A DNA stretch of 63,992 bases, the filler included, from an uncultured bacterium (lineage in GTDB: Bacteria; CAZSTA01), in NCBI GenBank assembly GCA_964609495.1. It is 4 parts of 4 records of this genome, joined end to end, with 100 filler letters (N's around TTAATTAATTAA, not from the genome) between each part and the next. Parts side by side here need not be neighbours in the genome. Positions count along the whole stretch, not along the records: positions 1 to 18,141 come from CAZSTA010000061.1; 3 more parts are not named here. One strand, 5' to 3'. This document shows, piece by piece, positions 1-10,122 of this stretch. How positions within the stretch are numbered: position 1 is the stretch's first letter; each line of letters starts with the position of its first letter. The position numbers were made by a program, and so were the translations under genes. A model generated the notes under the pieces. The model was not told the origin of the DNA. It ran no database searches and worked only from the letters and a program-made list of their open reading frames with translations.

Positions 1-83
1 TTTATATCTTGAACTCCCTAGCGAAAAGCTACTTAAAATCTGCTAGCACAAGCTTCTACACGCTTAGGTTTGAAATTCTTAAC

Positions 84-112
84 TTGACATATCATCTTAA
101 CTATGCTAAAAT
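84..112 (+). promoter_or_regulatory. sigma70-type promoter for the sugar ABC operon
   Basis: TTGACA-N17-TAAAAT with TG extended -10. Confidence 0.7.
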
Positions 113-146
113 AATATCATAGAAATTGTTGAAAAAGGGGAAATTA

Positions 147-1061
147 ATGAAGAAGACATCATTATGGGGACAAATATATAAAAATAAGCGCTGTTATATC
201 TCCCTGCTTCCCACCTTTATCCTTCTGGCGATCTTCGCTTATTATCCCCCTATATCGGCTATCTATCATTCTTTCTTCCAATGGGATGGGGCAAGGGCGG
301 TCTTCATTGGTCTTGGAAACTTCAAAGAGATGATTAATGACGAAGTTCTAATAAGTTCTATTGGGAATATGCTTAAACTGATCATATTCGCCTTAATTGC
401 GGGATCCTTATTAGCTCCTCTCTCCGTAGCCGAGCTACTATATAATATGAAGAATCAGGATCTAAGCAGGTATTATCGGTTAGCTTTCATAATTCCGGTA
501 GTAGTTCCCGGCGTAGTAATGATGCTTATCTGGCAATTTATATATGAACCCTATAGTGGTTTTCTCAATGCTTTTCTGAGAATTATAGGACTGGGTAAAC
601 TGGAGCAAGTTTGGTTAGGGGATCCTAAGCTCGCTCTCTATTGTCTTATGTTCATGGGTTTTCCTTGGGTGAGTGGCGTCGCGGTCCTAATTTATTTGGC
701 TGGCTTGCAGAATATACCTGATTCGACGATAGAAGCGGCAACATTGGATGGGGCTCTGGGACTAACTCGCATCCTTAGAATCGATATCCCTCTGATTATG
801 GGACAGATAAAGTTGATGTTGATTCTAGGGATAATAGGTGGATTGCAAGGCTTTGCAGTGCAATTAGTTCTGACTCGGGGTGGTCCTGGAACATCTACTA
901 TGGTCCCTGGAATGCATATGTATCAGATGGCATTCCACTTCGGTAGAATGGGCTATGCCAGTGCGATAGGATTCGCGATGTTTATTGTGATCTTAGCTAT
1001 TACCTACCTGAATATGAAGTATATAAGAAGTAGTGTGGAGTATGAGCCGGGAAGGAATTGA
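147..1061 (+). CDS. Carbohydrate ABC transporter permease (MalF/UgpA type)
   Basis: Multiple TM helices; EAA loop IEAATLDGA; GRMGYASAIG; ATG 147 follows an AAGGGG SD (ORF track starts at 126). Confidence 0.9.
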   Translation: MKKTSLWGQIYKNKRCYISLLPTFILLAIFAYYPPISAIYHSFFQWDGARAVFIGLGNFKEMINDEVLISSIGNMLKLIIFALIAGSLLAPLSVAELLYNMKNQDLSRYYRLAFIIPVVVPGVVMMLIWQFIYEPYSGFLNAFLRIIGLGKLEQVWLGDPKLALYCLMFMGFPWVSGVAVLIYLAGLQNIPDSTIEAATLDGALGLTRILRIDIPLIMGQIKLMLILGIIGGLQGFAVQLVLTRGGPGTSTMVPGMHMYQMAFHFGRMGYASAIGFAMFIVILAITYLNMKYIRSSVEYEPGRN

Positions 1062-1072
1062 GGAGGATGAAT

Positions 1073-1933
1073 ATGACTACTGCCGAGAGAACCCTTAGAA
1101 CATCTAAAATATGGCTCAATATGAGAAGGAAGGATATACCGAGGAATATAGTTGTTATGATACTGCTCCTTTTAACTTTTTATCCCTTCGTCCTGTTGTT
1201 AATTATAAGCGTTAAGAGCTATACTCAGTTCGAGCATCATCCCTGGACTATAACTACCCCCTTCTTCTGGGAGAACTTTACTACTGCTTGGAGCGTAATT
1301 AAGATCTACGTCCTTAACAGTTTGATAGTAAGCTCAGTATCCTGTGCTGGAGTAGTTCTAATATCAGCGGTCTCCGCCTATACCTTTGCCAGATATAGTT
1401 TCCCGGGGAGAGAACTACTCTTCTACCTGATCATCTCCCTGATGATGATCCCTGGGATATTAATATTAGTTCCTCGTTTCATACTGATCAAAACATTAGG
1501 CTTATTAGATACCCGTTGGTCATTGATCTTACCTTATATCGCAGGAGGGCAGGTCTTTGGTATCTTTCTGTTGAGGACCTTCTTTGGCTCTATACCTGAA
1601 GAGTTATTCGAGGCGGCAAGGATAGACGGAGCTTCGGAGTGGCAGGTTTTCTTTAAGATCGCTGTTCCCCTCTCCAAATCTATCTTAGGGACTTTAGCTA
1701 TAATGAACGTTCTATCCACTTGGAACGATTTAATCTGGCCTATGGCGGTGTTGAGCAGCGATCGGGTATATACGATAACCATCGGATTGGTATATTTCAG
1801 AAATGAATTCTTCACTAACTGGGGACCCCTATTTGCTGGTTATGTGATCGCAAGTGTTCCGCTTCTAGTCCTCTTTACATTCGCAAGTAAACTATTCGTA
1901 AAAGGACTATCTAGTGGGGCATTGAAGATTTGA
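1073..1933 (+). CDS. Carbohydrate ABC transporter permease (MalG type)
   Basis: ELFEAARIDGA, WNDLIWP, C-terminal GALK; ATG 1073 follows AGGAGG (ORF track starts at 1058). Confidence 0.9.
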   Translation: MTTAERTLRTSKIWLNMRRKDIPRNIVVMILLLLTFYPFVLLLIISVKSYTQFEHHPWTITTPFFWENFTTAWSVIKIYVLNSLIVSSVSCAGVVLISAVSAYTFARYSFPGRELLFYLIISLMMIPGILILVPRFILIKTLGLLDTRWSLILPYIAGGQVFGIFLLRTFFGSIPEELFEAARIDGASEWQVFFKIAVPLSKSILGTLAIMNVLSTWNDLIWPMAVLSSDRVYTITIGLVYFRNEFFTNWGPLFAGYVIASVPLLVLFTFASKLFVKGLSSGALKI

Positions 1934-2032
1934 TCTCTGTTAAGGAGGAGGTGAGGTAATAGGCGCAATCTAGGTTACAGGTAGTTGTCATTAACTCTCT
2001 AGTATAAAAATTTAAGAAAGGAGTGGAGGATT

Positions 2033-3499
2033 TTGTCAAATAAAGTTATATCTAAACTATTAATTGTCGGGATCATCTTAGCTTTCATCGTAGGAATGGA
2101 AACTATAGGGCTAGCAGCTGAGCTCGACTTCAAGGGTGAAATATTAATGGACCCTGGAGCGGTTCAGCCCTATCTTCCCACCCGCAGTATGGTCAAATCG
2201 CCGACTAATCCATATCCATCTAAGATCTTGAGAGATCTAGCTGATGAGTGGGAAGCGATGCATCCAGATATAAAGATCGAATTCCCTACGGTGAGTAAAA
2301 GCAGTGATAGAACCTGGATGGTTACCCAGTTCACGGGAGACAAGGCTCCTGATATAATCTATCAGAATATGGGGACTTATCGCGATCAAGATTGGGCTAA
2401 AGACTGGGTCATTGCCATGGATCCCTATTTAGAGAAGCCTAATCCTTATGCGGAGGGGAATGAGAAGTGGCTGGACCTCTTCTATCCGGTATGGATGGAC
2501 GCGATGAGATCTTCGGATGGTAACGTCTATTGGGTCGCCCCAGACCTAGTCCCCATCGGGATTATTTACAACAAGGATATATTCGCTGAAGTGGGGGTTG
2601 AGGTGCCCGATACCTTTGGTCAGTTGATCCAGATATGTGATAAGATCCAGGATGCTGGCTATATCGCTTACTCCTCGATCCTCATCGAGCCTACTTCTTG
2701 GTATGCTATTCCGATGGAGTGTGCTATGTGGGCGGATAAGATCCCCGAGATGGATGTTATCGGAAGACCAAACCTGGTGGTGAATACCGAGGAGTTGGTA
2801 AGAGGTATCAAGAAGGGCATCTTCAGCGCCTACGATCCTCGCTTCTCCGAGCACTTGAGGCTAAACGAGAAGCTGACTAGCTATTATCCTAAAGGCTGGG
2901 CGGCGAGAGTTCAAGATGCTCCCTGGAGAAACTTCATCAGCGGAAAGTCAGCTATGATGGAGGGGGTTGGAATTCATATCAGAAGATTAATCGACGATCC
3001 CGAGATCAAGTTCGAGCTCAGCGTCTTCGCCTATCCCGATCTGACTAAGGAGGATTCGGAGTTTGGGGGGACTACGATGGCTGGGAAAGGAACTGCTGGC
3101 TACACTGCCACTTGGCAGATCACAAATACCGCTGTCGATAAGGGAAGTGTGGAGGCTTGCGTTGACTGGCTGATGTATCTAACTGCTCCTCAGAATGCTG
3201 AGAGAATCTGCGGAGAGAACGGCGTTACTATCCCTGGAGTTAAGGGAGCTAAGGCTCCTCATGTTATGCAGCCGTTCCTATTCGGAGTAGAGAAGAGTAA
3301 AAATGCTCTCGACTGGCATGCCCTCAACTCCTTCCACATTTTGGATACCCAGTATCAAGTTGAGTGTGGAAGGTGGAGAGAGGAGTATTTCCTCGGCACT
3401 ATCACTTTGGAGGAGACGTTGGATAAGGCTGATAAGTCGCTCAATGATTCCGCGGAGCGTTTGATCAATCTGAATCAGTGGGATACCAGCAAGTGGTAG
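2033..3499 (+). CDS. Carbohydrate ABC transporter solute-binding protein
   Basis: Signal peptide without lipobox Cys; APDII and IIYNKDIF motifs of sugar-binding proteins; follows two permeases. Confidence 0.85.
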   Translation: MSNKVISKLLIVGIILAFIVGMETIGLAAELDFKGEILMDPGAVQPYLPTRSMVKSPTNPYPSKILRDLADEWEAMHPDIKIEFPTVSKSSDRTWMVTQFTGDKAPDIIYQNMGTYRDQDWAKDWVIAMDPYLEKPNPYAEGNEKWLDLFYPVWMDAMRSSDGNVYWVAPDLVPIGIIYNKDIFAEVGVEVPDTFGQLIQICDKIQDAGYIAYSSILIEPTSWYAIPMECAMWADKIPEMDVIGRPNLVVNTEELVRGIKKGIFSAYDPRFSEHLRLNEKLTSYYPKGWAARVQDAPWRNFISGKSAMMEGVGIHIRRLIDDPEIKFELSVFAYPDLTKEDSEFGGTTMAGKGTAGYTATWQITNTAVDKGSVEACVDWLMYLTAPQNAERICGENGVTIPGVKGAKAPHVMQPFLFGVEKSKNALDWHALNSFHILDTQYQVECGRWREEYFLGTITLEETLDKADKSLNDSAERLINLNQWDTSKW

Positions 3500-3516
3500 A
3501 ATAATAGATTTTGAGT

Positions 3517-3549
3517 GGCAGTCGGACAAAGCTATCCGACTGCCTTTTT
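3517..3549 (+). terminator. Rho-independent terminator or stabilising hairpin
   Basis: GGCAGTCGGA-8 nt-TCCGACTGCC followed by TTTTT. Confidence 0.8.
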
Positions 3550-3572
3550 AATATATCTTATTTATAAAGGAG

Positions 3573-6500
3573 ATGCTTAATTTGGGAGAACTATCCTTCG
3601 TTTCATTCTTAAAACCGAATTTATCCTATAAACCTATAGTATTCTGGTTTCTCAATCACGATCTAGAAGAACAGGAACTTACTTGGCAGATGGAGCAGAT
3701 GGTGGAGAAGGGGATTCAGGGCTTCTTTCTCCATCCCCGCAGTGGGCTTCTTACTCCCTACTTCTCTAGGGATTGGTTTGATAAGATCGGATATATAATC
3801 GAGGAAGCGGAAAGGTTGGGGCTTTCTCCTTGGCTCTACGATGATGACCCCTATCCCAGCGGTCTAGCGGGAGGAAAGGTCATCGCCGATCATCCAGAGT
3901 ATAAGGGTAGAAGGCTGATAGTTATCAAGAGGGAGAGCCAGGGGAACGAGGATATTCAAATAGATCTGCCTTGGGGACGATTAGTCAAGATCATCGCCGT
4001 TAATAAAGGAGGGGATAGGATCGATCTCACCGATAGAGCTGGCTATATTCGAGATGAATGGCAATCGCGTCGTCAATACTCAACCTACTTCCCCACGATG
4101 GAGGATGATTATTATCCTCACTTTCGGGCTGATACTCATAATCCACACTATCGCCTATATTGGCATACTCCTAAAGGGGAATGGACGATCTTAGCTTTCG
4201 CTGATGTGGAGGTGGGATACTATTGGATATTTCCATCTTATACCGACCTGCTCAATTCCGAGGCGGTCGATTACTTCATAACTACTACCTATGAGGAATA
4301 CTTCAAGCGATATGGAGATAAGTTCGGGAGCCTTATTCCCGGCATATTCGCTGATGAGCCTAAAGCGACCGGTCCCCTACCTTGGACTGGAGAATTTCCC
4401 GCTGAATTTGAGAGGAGAAGAGGATATCCAATAGACGAAGTGCTTCCTGCCCTCGTTATAGATATCGAGGGGGCATCTAAATATCGAGCTGATTATTGGC
4501 GAACGGTTACGGAGCTATTCAGGGAACATTATGCTGATAAGCTCTACGAGTGGTGCGATCATCACGATCTCAAGTTCACTGGACATATAAGTCCAGAGGA
4601 AGGTCCGATATTTCAGGTATCCCTGGTGGGTGATCTAATGAACATCCTCAAATCTATGCATATTCCAGGGACGGATATAATCACCTATCGCGTTGGAGAT
4701 AAGGATAATCCTGCTTTCAACATCGGTCCCAAGCTCGTTAGCTCCGTAGCTCATCAACAGGGAAGGAGGCAGGTTTTAGCGGAGGCTTTCGCTCTATCTC
4801 GATGGCAATTCACTATAGCTGGAATGGTTTGGATAACCAACTGGCTATATGTGTTAGGAGTGAATACCCTTGTTTCTCACGGGATGTTCTACTCCATAGA
4901 TGGCTATCGCAAGAAGGAGGCTGGGCCTTCTCTATTCTATCAAGCGATCTATTGGCCCTATTACGATTACTTCTCCACTTACGCGGGGAGGTTAGGATAT
5001 ATGTTGACCGAAGGTGAGCATATATGCGAATTGGGATTGCTCTATCCGATCACCAGCCTTTGGTCAAATCTTCCCGTGGAGATGGAGAAGGCAAAGCTAA
5101 TTCGCGATCAGTTCATATTTCTGGTTGATACGCTTTTGCGGAAGCATTTTGATTATGATCTGGTGGACGAGTTAGAGCTGGATAACGCTGAGATAAGGGA
5201 TGGCAAACTTTGGATAGGGGCGAAGGGATATAGAGCTTTAGTTCTCCCTTCCCTATTCTCTCTTAGTCATAAGGCGATGCTTAAATTGAGGGAGTGGAAG
5301 GATGACGGAGGAGTTATAATCGCCTCTGACGATATGGAACTTCTTGTCCTCAACCCGATCGATGGGGAGGAGCTTCCCCAGAAGGAAGATATCATCTCTC
5401 TCGATTACAAAGCGAGAGCCCTGGCCGATCCAGAGGAGAGGAAAGTATGGGCTGAGGAGATAGAGCGGGTATTAAGCTCCAATTATGGAGTCGATATCTC
5501 TATAGCTGGGAAATCTGCAGACGAAGTCTTTGTTCAGCATCGCCACCGTGAAGACAAAGATATCTACTTCCTAGCTAACAACTCATCTCAGGAGGCGGAA
5601 CTCGATATATCTCTAGCGGGGGAAGGAAGACCTGAAGAGTGGAATCCCATCTCTGGTAAGGCGATACCACTTCCTTTTACTCTAAATGAGGGCAGGATAA
5701 ACACCGAGCTAAACTTACCGCCTCGGCAAGGCACATTTATAGCTGTCGATAACAAAAGCGATATTAAGAATCTAGAAGCGGATTTCTATTTAGAAGAGAT
5801 CAATTCTCGATCTATCAAGGGCTACACGGATAAAGATAAAGCAGAGCTAACCATTAATGGAAATAGCTATCAGCAGACCTTCAGCCCTCCTCTATCTCCT
5901 TTGAATTTAGGATCTACCTGGCGCTTCTCACGAGATAGGGGGAATGTTTTCATCTTGGATCGTTGGAAGGTAAGAGAAGTCAAGGATGATCCCGACTTCA
6001 AAGGGGAGGAGAGATATATACCCACTTACGGCTGGAAAGTTATGCCACCTCAACCGCTTAAAGAACTAGGAATAGCTTCCTATCCTACGACTATATGGTA
6101 TCGGGCTAGTTTCCAACTGAAGGGGAAGATCTCTCAAGCAAAGCTGGTTATGGAGACTTCGAGTATTAAGGGAGATTGGACGATCTTTATTAATGGAAAG
6201 AAGTTAGAAGGCTTCCACCGATGTAGAGAATACGACTATCACAATTTGGCGTGCGATATAACTGAGTTATTATCTTGGGGAGAAAGCCTCTACGAGCCTG
6301 GTATCAATGTAATAGCTATCGAGGTCAAAGCTAATTCCGAGACAGAGGGATTATTAGAACCGCTCAGAATTATGGGCGAGTTCAAAATTGAATTTGAGGA
6401 GTATGAATCCTTAGGGGTTAAGCTAGTTCCAGTAGAGAAAGAGGAGATTATATCCATAGGTAGCTGGGTAGAGCAGGGATATCCTTTCTACTCCGGAGTA

Positions 6501-6797
6501 GGGATATATGAACAGGAGTTCGATCTACCTGAAGAGTATTTGACTAAGAGACTGTTTGTAGAGCTTTCCGTAACGAATATAACCCAGGTTTTGATTAATG
6601 AAGAAGATGCGGGAACTTTGGTTTGGGAGCCATATCGCTTGGAGATAACGGATAAGGTAAAGGTTGGGAGGAATAAAATAACTCTTAAAGTGATCAACTC
6701 TCTAGTTAATCTCCTCTATGGATCTCCTGATCCTTCGGGATTATTAGGAGTGGTCAGGATCATCCCTTATGAGAGGGTGGAGATTGCGTTGGATTAG
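3573..6797 (+). CDS. Large glycoside hydrolase, GH106 (alpha-L-rhamnosidase)-like with C-terminal beta-sandwich domains
   Basis: PIVFWFLN, GFFLHPRSGL, WLYDDDPYPSG, GIFADEP, KLVSSVAHQ and C-terminal SGLLG motifs; substrate uncertain. Confidence 0.75.
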   Translation: MLNLGELSFVSFLKPNLSYKPIVFWFLNHDLEEQELTWQMEQMVEKGIQGFFLHPRSGLLTPYFSRDWFDKIGYIIEEAERLGLSPWLYDDDPYPSGLAGGKVIADHPEYKGRRLIVIKRESQGNEDIQIDLPWGRLVKIIAVNKGGDRIDLTDRAGYIRDEWQSRRQYSTYFPTMEDDYYPHFRADTHNPHYRLYWHTPKGEWTILAFADVEVGYYWIFPSYTDLLNSEAVDYFITTTYEEYFKRYGDKFGSLIPGIFADEPKATGPLPWTGEFPAEFERRRGYPIDEVLPALVIDIEGASKYRADYWRTVTELFREHYADKLYEWCDHHDLKFTGHISPEEGPIFQVSLVGDLMNILKSMHIPGTDIITYRVGDKDNPAFNIGPKLVSSVAHQQGRRQVLAEAFALSRWQFTIAGMVWITNWLYVLGVNTLVSHGMFYSIDGYRKKEAGPSLFYQAIYWPYYDYFSTYAGRLGYMLTEGEHICELGLLYPITSLWSNLPVEMEKAKLIRDQFIFLVDTLLRKHFDYDLVDELELDNAEIRDGKLWIGAKGYRALVLPSLFSLSHKAMLKLREWKDDGGVIIASDDMELLVLNPIDGEELPQKEDIISLDYKARALADPEERKVWAEEIERVLSSNYGVDISIAGKSADEVFVQHRHREDKDIYFLANNSSQEAELDISLAGEGRPEEWNPISGKAIPLPFTLNEGRINTELNLPPRQGTFIAVDNKSDIKNLEADFYLEEINSRSIKGYTDKDKAELTINGNSYQQTFSPPLSPLNLGSTWRFSRDRGNVFILDRWKVREVKDDPDFKGEERYIPTYGWKVMPPQPLKELGIASYPTTIWYRASFQLKGKISQAKLVMETSSIKGDWTIFINGKKLEGFHRCREYDYHNLACDITELLSWGESLYEPGINVIAIEVKANSETEGLLEPLRIMGEFKIEFEEYESLGVKLVPVEKEEIISIGSWVEQGYPFYSGVGIYEQEFDLPEEYLTKRLFVELSVTNITQVLINEEDAGTLVWEPYRLEITDKVKVGRNKITLKVINSLVNLLYGSPDPSGLLGVVRIIPYERVEIALD

Positions 6798-6847
6798 ACA
6801 ATTAAGTATCATTATGTATGTTGAACAGACGTTTAAGGAGGACTTAA

Positions 6848-8152
6848 GTGAGAGTATCTAAAAAGATTCTCTTCCTGATAGCAGGCTTATCTCTCCTTCT
6901 GTATATTCCGCTTACCGAAGGGATAGAGGCGAATCTAGAAAAGGTGGTAGTTAAAATCATCGTTGGAGGAGATATAATCGGCACCGGAACGATCATCAGA
7001 GTTGAGGGGAGATCTGCTTATATATTGACCGCCTTCCATGTGGTTGAGCCTAATCCTTTCGCCATAAAGGTTGTATTCCACCAGAACCGCCTTAGAGAGT
7101 TTGAAGCGAAGGTTTGGAAATATAGTGATAAGAATGATATCGCGATTCTCAAGGTGGACGATTTATCTGAAGATATATATGAGTTCCCTCTCCTTGTAAT
7201 ATACCTGGGTGATTCCTCAAAGGTGAGGAAGGAAGATAGGGTAAAAGCTATAGGACACAATATCCTGGGGATGAAGGAGTGGTTGATCACCTCCGACGAA
7301 GTTAGCCTAGCAACTATGCTAGAGATAGTCTTTCCGGCGAGTATGATAAGCATAGGTAATTCTGGGGGCCCTCTATTCAACGAAGATGGCTTGATGATCG
7401 GGATGGTAAGCAAGATTGAGGGTAATAATGGCTTTGCAGTAGGAACAGAATTGATCAAGCTCTTCCTAAAGGACTGGGGGATCAATCCTTCCTTGAGTAT
7501 GCTGGCGATGGCCTCCTTTCCTTCTTCTGCAGAGGTATATTTAGAGGATCGAAAAAGAGGGCGAACTCCCTTCTACATCTTCCTATCTCCTGACAAGAGT
7601 TACAAGGTGAGATTAAGCAAGGAAGGATATGAGGATCGAGTTATTGAGGTTGAACTCAAAGCCTACAAAAGTACAACTTTAGAGGTGAAGCTCGAGGAGA
7701 GGAAGCTCGGATCTTTGTTTGTTTCCTCGGAACCATCGGAGGCAGAGGTATATTTAAGGGGAAAATTCATAGGGATCACACCTCTATTCTTAGGGGAGGA
7801 ATTGGAGCCTGATGAATATGAGATAAGGATAAGAAAGGACGGATATGAGACCGACAGTAGGATTGTCCCGATAAGCGGTGGGGAGAGAGCCGAGCTTAAG
7901 TTTGAACTAAAGCCGTTATATGGATCCCTATCTATCACCTCTGATCCTCCCGAGGCAGATGTATATTTGAATAGACGCTATATGGGGATAACACCGCTTG
8001 AGATAGAGGAGCTAAAAGCTGGTGACTATGAGGTTCAAGTTATGAAATCTGGATATGAGGATCAGGTAAAAACAGCCTCGATTGAGGCAGGAGAACGAGG
8101 GGAATTAAATTTCAAGTTAGAGGAGGCTATCCCTGGTTTTTCTGAGAAATAA
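6848..8152 (+). CDS. Exported trypsin-like (S1) serine protease with three PEGA domains
   Basis: Signal peptide; triad motifs TAFHV, DIAIL, GNSGGP; three S.P..AEVYL...G.TP...K.GYE repeats. Confidence 0.85.
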   Translation: MRVSKKILFLIAGLSLLLYIPLTEGIEANLEKVVVKIIVGGDIIGTGTIIRVEGRSAYILTAFHVVEPNPFAIKVVFHQNRLREFEAKVWKYSDKNDIAILKVDDLSEDIYEFPLLVIYLGDSSKVRKEDRVKAIGHNILGMKEWLITSDEVSLATMLEIVFPASMISIGNSGGPLFNEDGLMIGMVSKIEGNNGFAVGTELIKLFLKDWGINPSLSMLAMASFPSSAEVYLEDRKRGRTPFYIFLSPDKSYKVRLSKEGYEDRVIEVELKAYKSTTLEVKLEERKLGSLFVSSEPSEAEVYLRGKFIGITPLFLGEELEPDEYEIRIRKDGYETDSRIVPISGGERAELKFELKPLYGSLSITSDPPEADVYLNRRYMGITPLEIEELKAGDYEVQVMKSGYEDQVKTASIEAGERGELNFKLEEAIPGFSEK

Positions 8153-8221
8153 TCAAGTGGCTTCAAGATCAAACTTCATCCCCTCTCTAACCGCTAATTC
8201 GATTCCTCAAAATTCGTGATG

Positions 8222-8250
8222 TTGACAAGCTTTTTATTTTGTGCTATACT
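8222..8250 (+). promoter_or_regulatory. sigma70-type promoter
   Basis: TTGACA-N17-TATACT with extended TG. Confidence 0.7.
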
Positions 8251-8291
8251 GAATTAGAGCATTCCTTGAATATATGTGATAGGAGGGAACT

Positions 8292-8798
8292 ATGTCTAGT
8301 AATTACCCTAAAGCTAGAGCTATCATATTGAGCTTTTCTCCAGCCATATTGATTTTGATAATAGCTCTAATTGATATCTCCTCGAGATACGATCCTTCCC
8401 TAAGCTCAGGAGCCAGATTAGGTTTGATCGGAGGTTGGACGGGGGGAGTAATAGGAGGGCTGGGAGGTTCGATAGGGATATTCTTCGGCGTCCGAAGTGA
8501 GTTGTTGAATACCGCTGGAAATAGAGTCCCTATTATATCACCTAAGTGGGGAAACAAAGAATGGATCGCCGCTATCCTCGCCATAAATGGGATTATTATG
8601 CTTCTCGTTATCCCTATGCTTATATCCTTTGGTCCCTCTTCGTATCAAAGGAATTTCATCTTGGAGAGGCTGAACTGGATGGCGTGGATGGCTACTTGGT
8701 TTGGAGGCTGGGTTGTTCTTGGTAACTATCGCAAACGGACAGAGGAAAAGATCAAGGAGTTGGAAGCCAAGATATCTGAGTTTAGGAGAGAGGAATAG
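8292..8798 (+). CDS. Hypothetical membrane protein (about 4 TM helices, Gly-rich helix)
   Basis: Own promoter and AGGAGG SD; hydrophobic segments. Confidence 0.65.
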   Translation: MSSNYPKARAIILSFSPAILILIIALIDISSRYDPSLSSGARLGLIGGWTGGVIGGLGGSIGIFFGVRSELLNTAGNRVPIISPKWGNKEWIAAILAINGIIMLLVIPMLISFGPSSYQRNFILERLNWMAWMATWFGGWVVLGNYRKRTEEKIKELEAKISEFRREE

Positions 8799-8899
8799 GT
8801 ATTTCGACAAACTCTAAATGACTGGATAAAATGAGAGATTATCTTCCATCTAAAGATAACTTATCTGTAGCTGTATCAAATAGAGGAGGGAGTTAAATT

Positions 8900-10063
8900 A
8901 TGGTGAGAGAGGATATTAGGAGGCTGATAGATGAAGTCCGAGAGATAGCCGAAAGCGATCGCAATAAAGAGTTGCAAAGAAAATGGGCTCCGCAAGGAGA
9001 TTTTGCCCGAGATCACTGGAGGGGTGAACCTCGAAAGGATGGCTCTCCTGCCTTCACCATTGCCCCGGAGAACGCTATGTGGTCAGAGATACTAGACTTC
9101 GATCTGAGGGATTATTACACGAAGCCAGAGGTATATCTCGAACAGCAATTGCAATTGAGGATCTACCAATTCAAGGAGTTTGATGATGATACTTGCGTGA
9201 GCAAGGTTATCCCGATCTGGCTGGGAGTGGTGCTTGAACCGAGCCTCTTCGGAGTGGAGTCAGTCTATTTCCCACACACTGACCCTTGGATCGCTAAGAA
9301 GCCTGTGATCAAGGAGAAATCCGATCTGGATAAGATGGATTATCCTGATTTCTACAGAAGTGGGATTATGCCCACTGCTCATCGGATGTATGAGGGGATT
9401 CGGGAATTATTGCCAGATGACTTCGCGGTAACCTTCCCTGAATGGGGTCGTAGCCCCTTTGCAGTAGCGATGCATATAAGGGCAATGGATAACATCCTAG
9501 CAGATATGCTCGAAGACCCTCCTTTCGCAAAGAGGCTGATCGGCTTCGTTACCGAGGCGCGGAGGAGATGGACGGGGGAGAGAGCGTCATTTTTAGATCA
9601 AAGGGTTGAGCAGGGTAATCTCTACAACGATGAGGTGAACTGTCCTACCCTCTCTCCTAGACTCTATGAGGAGTTCGTCCTTCCCTTCGAGCAGGAGCTA
9701 TCCTCTTTCCATAGCGGGATCGCCTATTGGCATAGCTGTGGAGATACAACTAAGTTAGTAGGATTGATAAATCAGATACCGAATCTGGGGATGTTCCACG
9801 TAGGCCCTTGGACCGATATCGAGCAGGCGGTCGAGACCTTCGCACCGAATACCTCGCTTGAGATATGTTTAGATCCAGTAATGGATGTTCAGATGGCTGA
9901 TGAAAAGCGTATGGAGGAGAAGCTAAGAACGATAAAGGAGACTTGCCAAGATCGAATAGCCTACACTGTGCGAGCAGATGGCTTACAGTTGTTATACACT
10001 TTAGAAGAGGATATTGCTAAGATCAAGGACTGGTCACAGATTGCTCGTAAACTATTCGGATAA
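8900..10063 (+). CDS. Uroporphyrinogen decarboxylase / MtaA-CmuA methyltransferase superfamily protein
   Basis: RSPFAVAMHIR..DNIL.DMLEDP, LSPRLYEEFVLPF, and H-x-C metal motif WHSCG. Confidence 0.75.
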   Translation: MVREDIRRLIDEVREIAESDRNKELQRKWAPQGDFARDHWRGEPRKDGSPAFTIAPENAMWSEILDFDLRDYYTKPEVYLEQQLQLRIYQFKEFDDDTCVSKVIPIWLGVVLEPSLFGVESVYFPHTDPWIAKKPVIKEKSDLDKMDYPDFYRSGIMPTAHRMYEGIRELLPDDFAVTFPEWGRSPFAVAMHIRAMDNILADMLEDPPFAKRLIGFVTEARRRWTGERASFLDQRVEQGNLYNDEVNCPTLSPRLYEEFVLPFEQELSSFHSGIAYWHSCGDTTKLVGLINQIPNLGMFHVGPWTDIEQAVETFAPNTSLEICLDPVMDVQMADEKRMEEKLRTIKETCQDRIAYTVRADGLQLLYTLEEDIAKIKDWSQIARKLFG

Positions 10064-10122
10064 AAGGTAGAAGATGGAAAGCAAAAATCGGATTTTCATT
10101 TTCCAATTCAGAGGAGAGGGAA

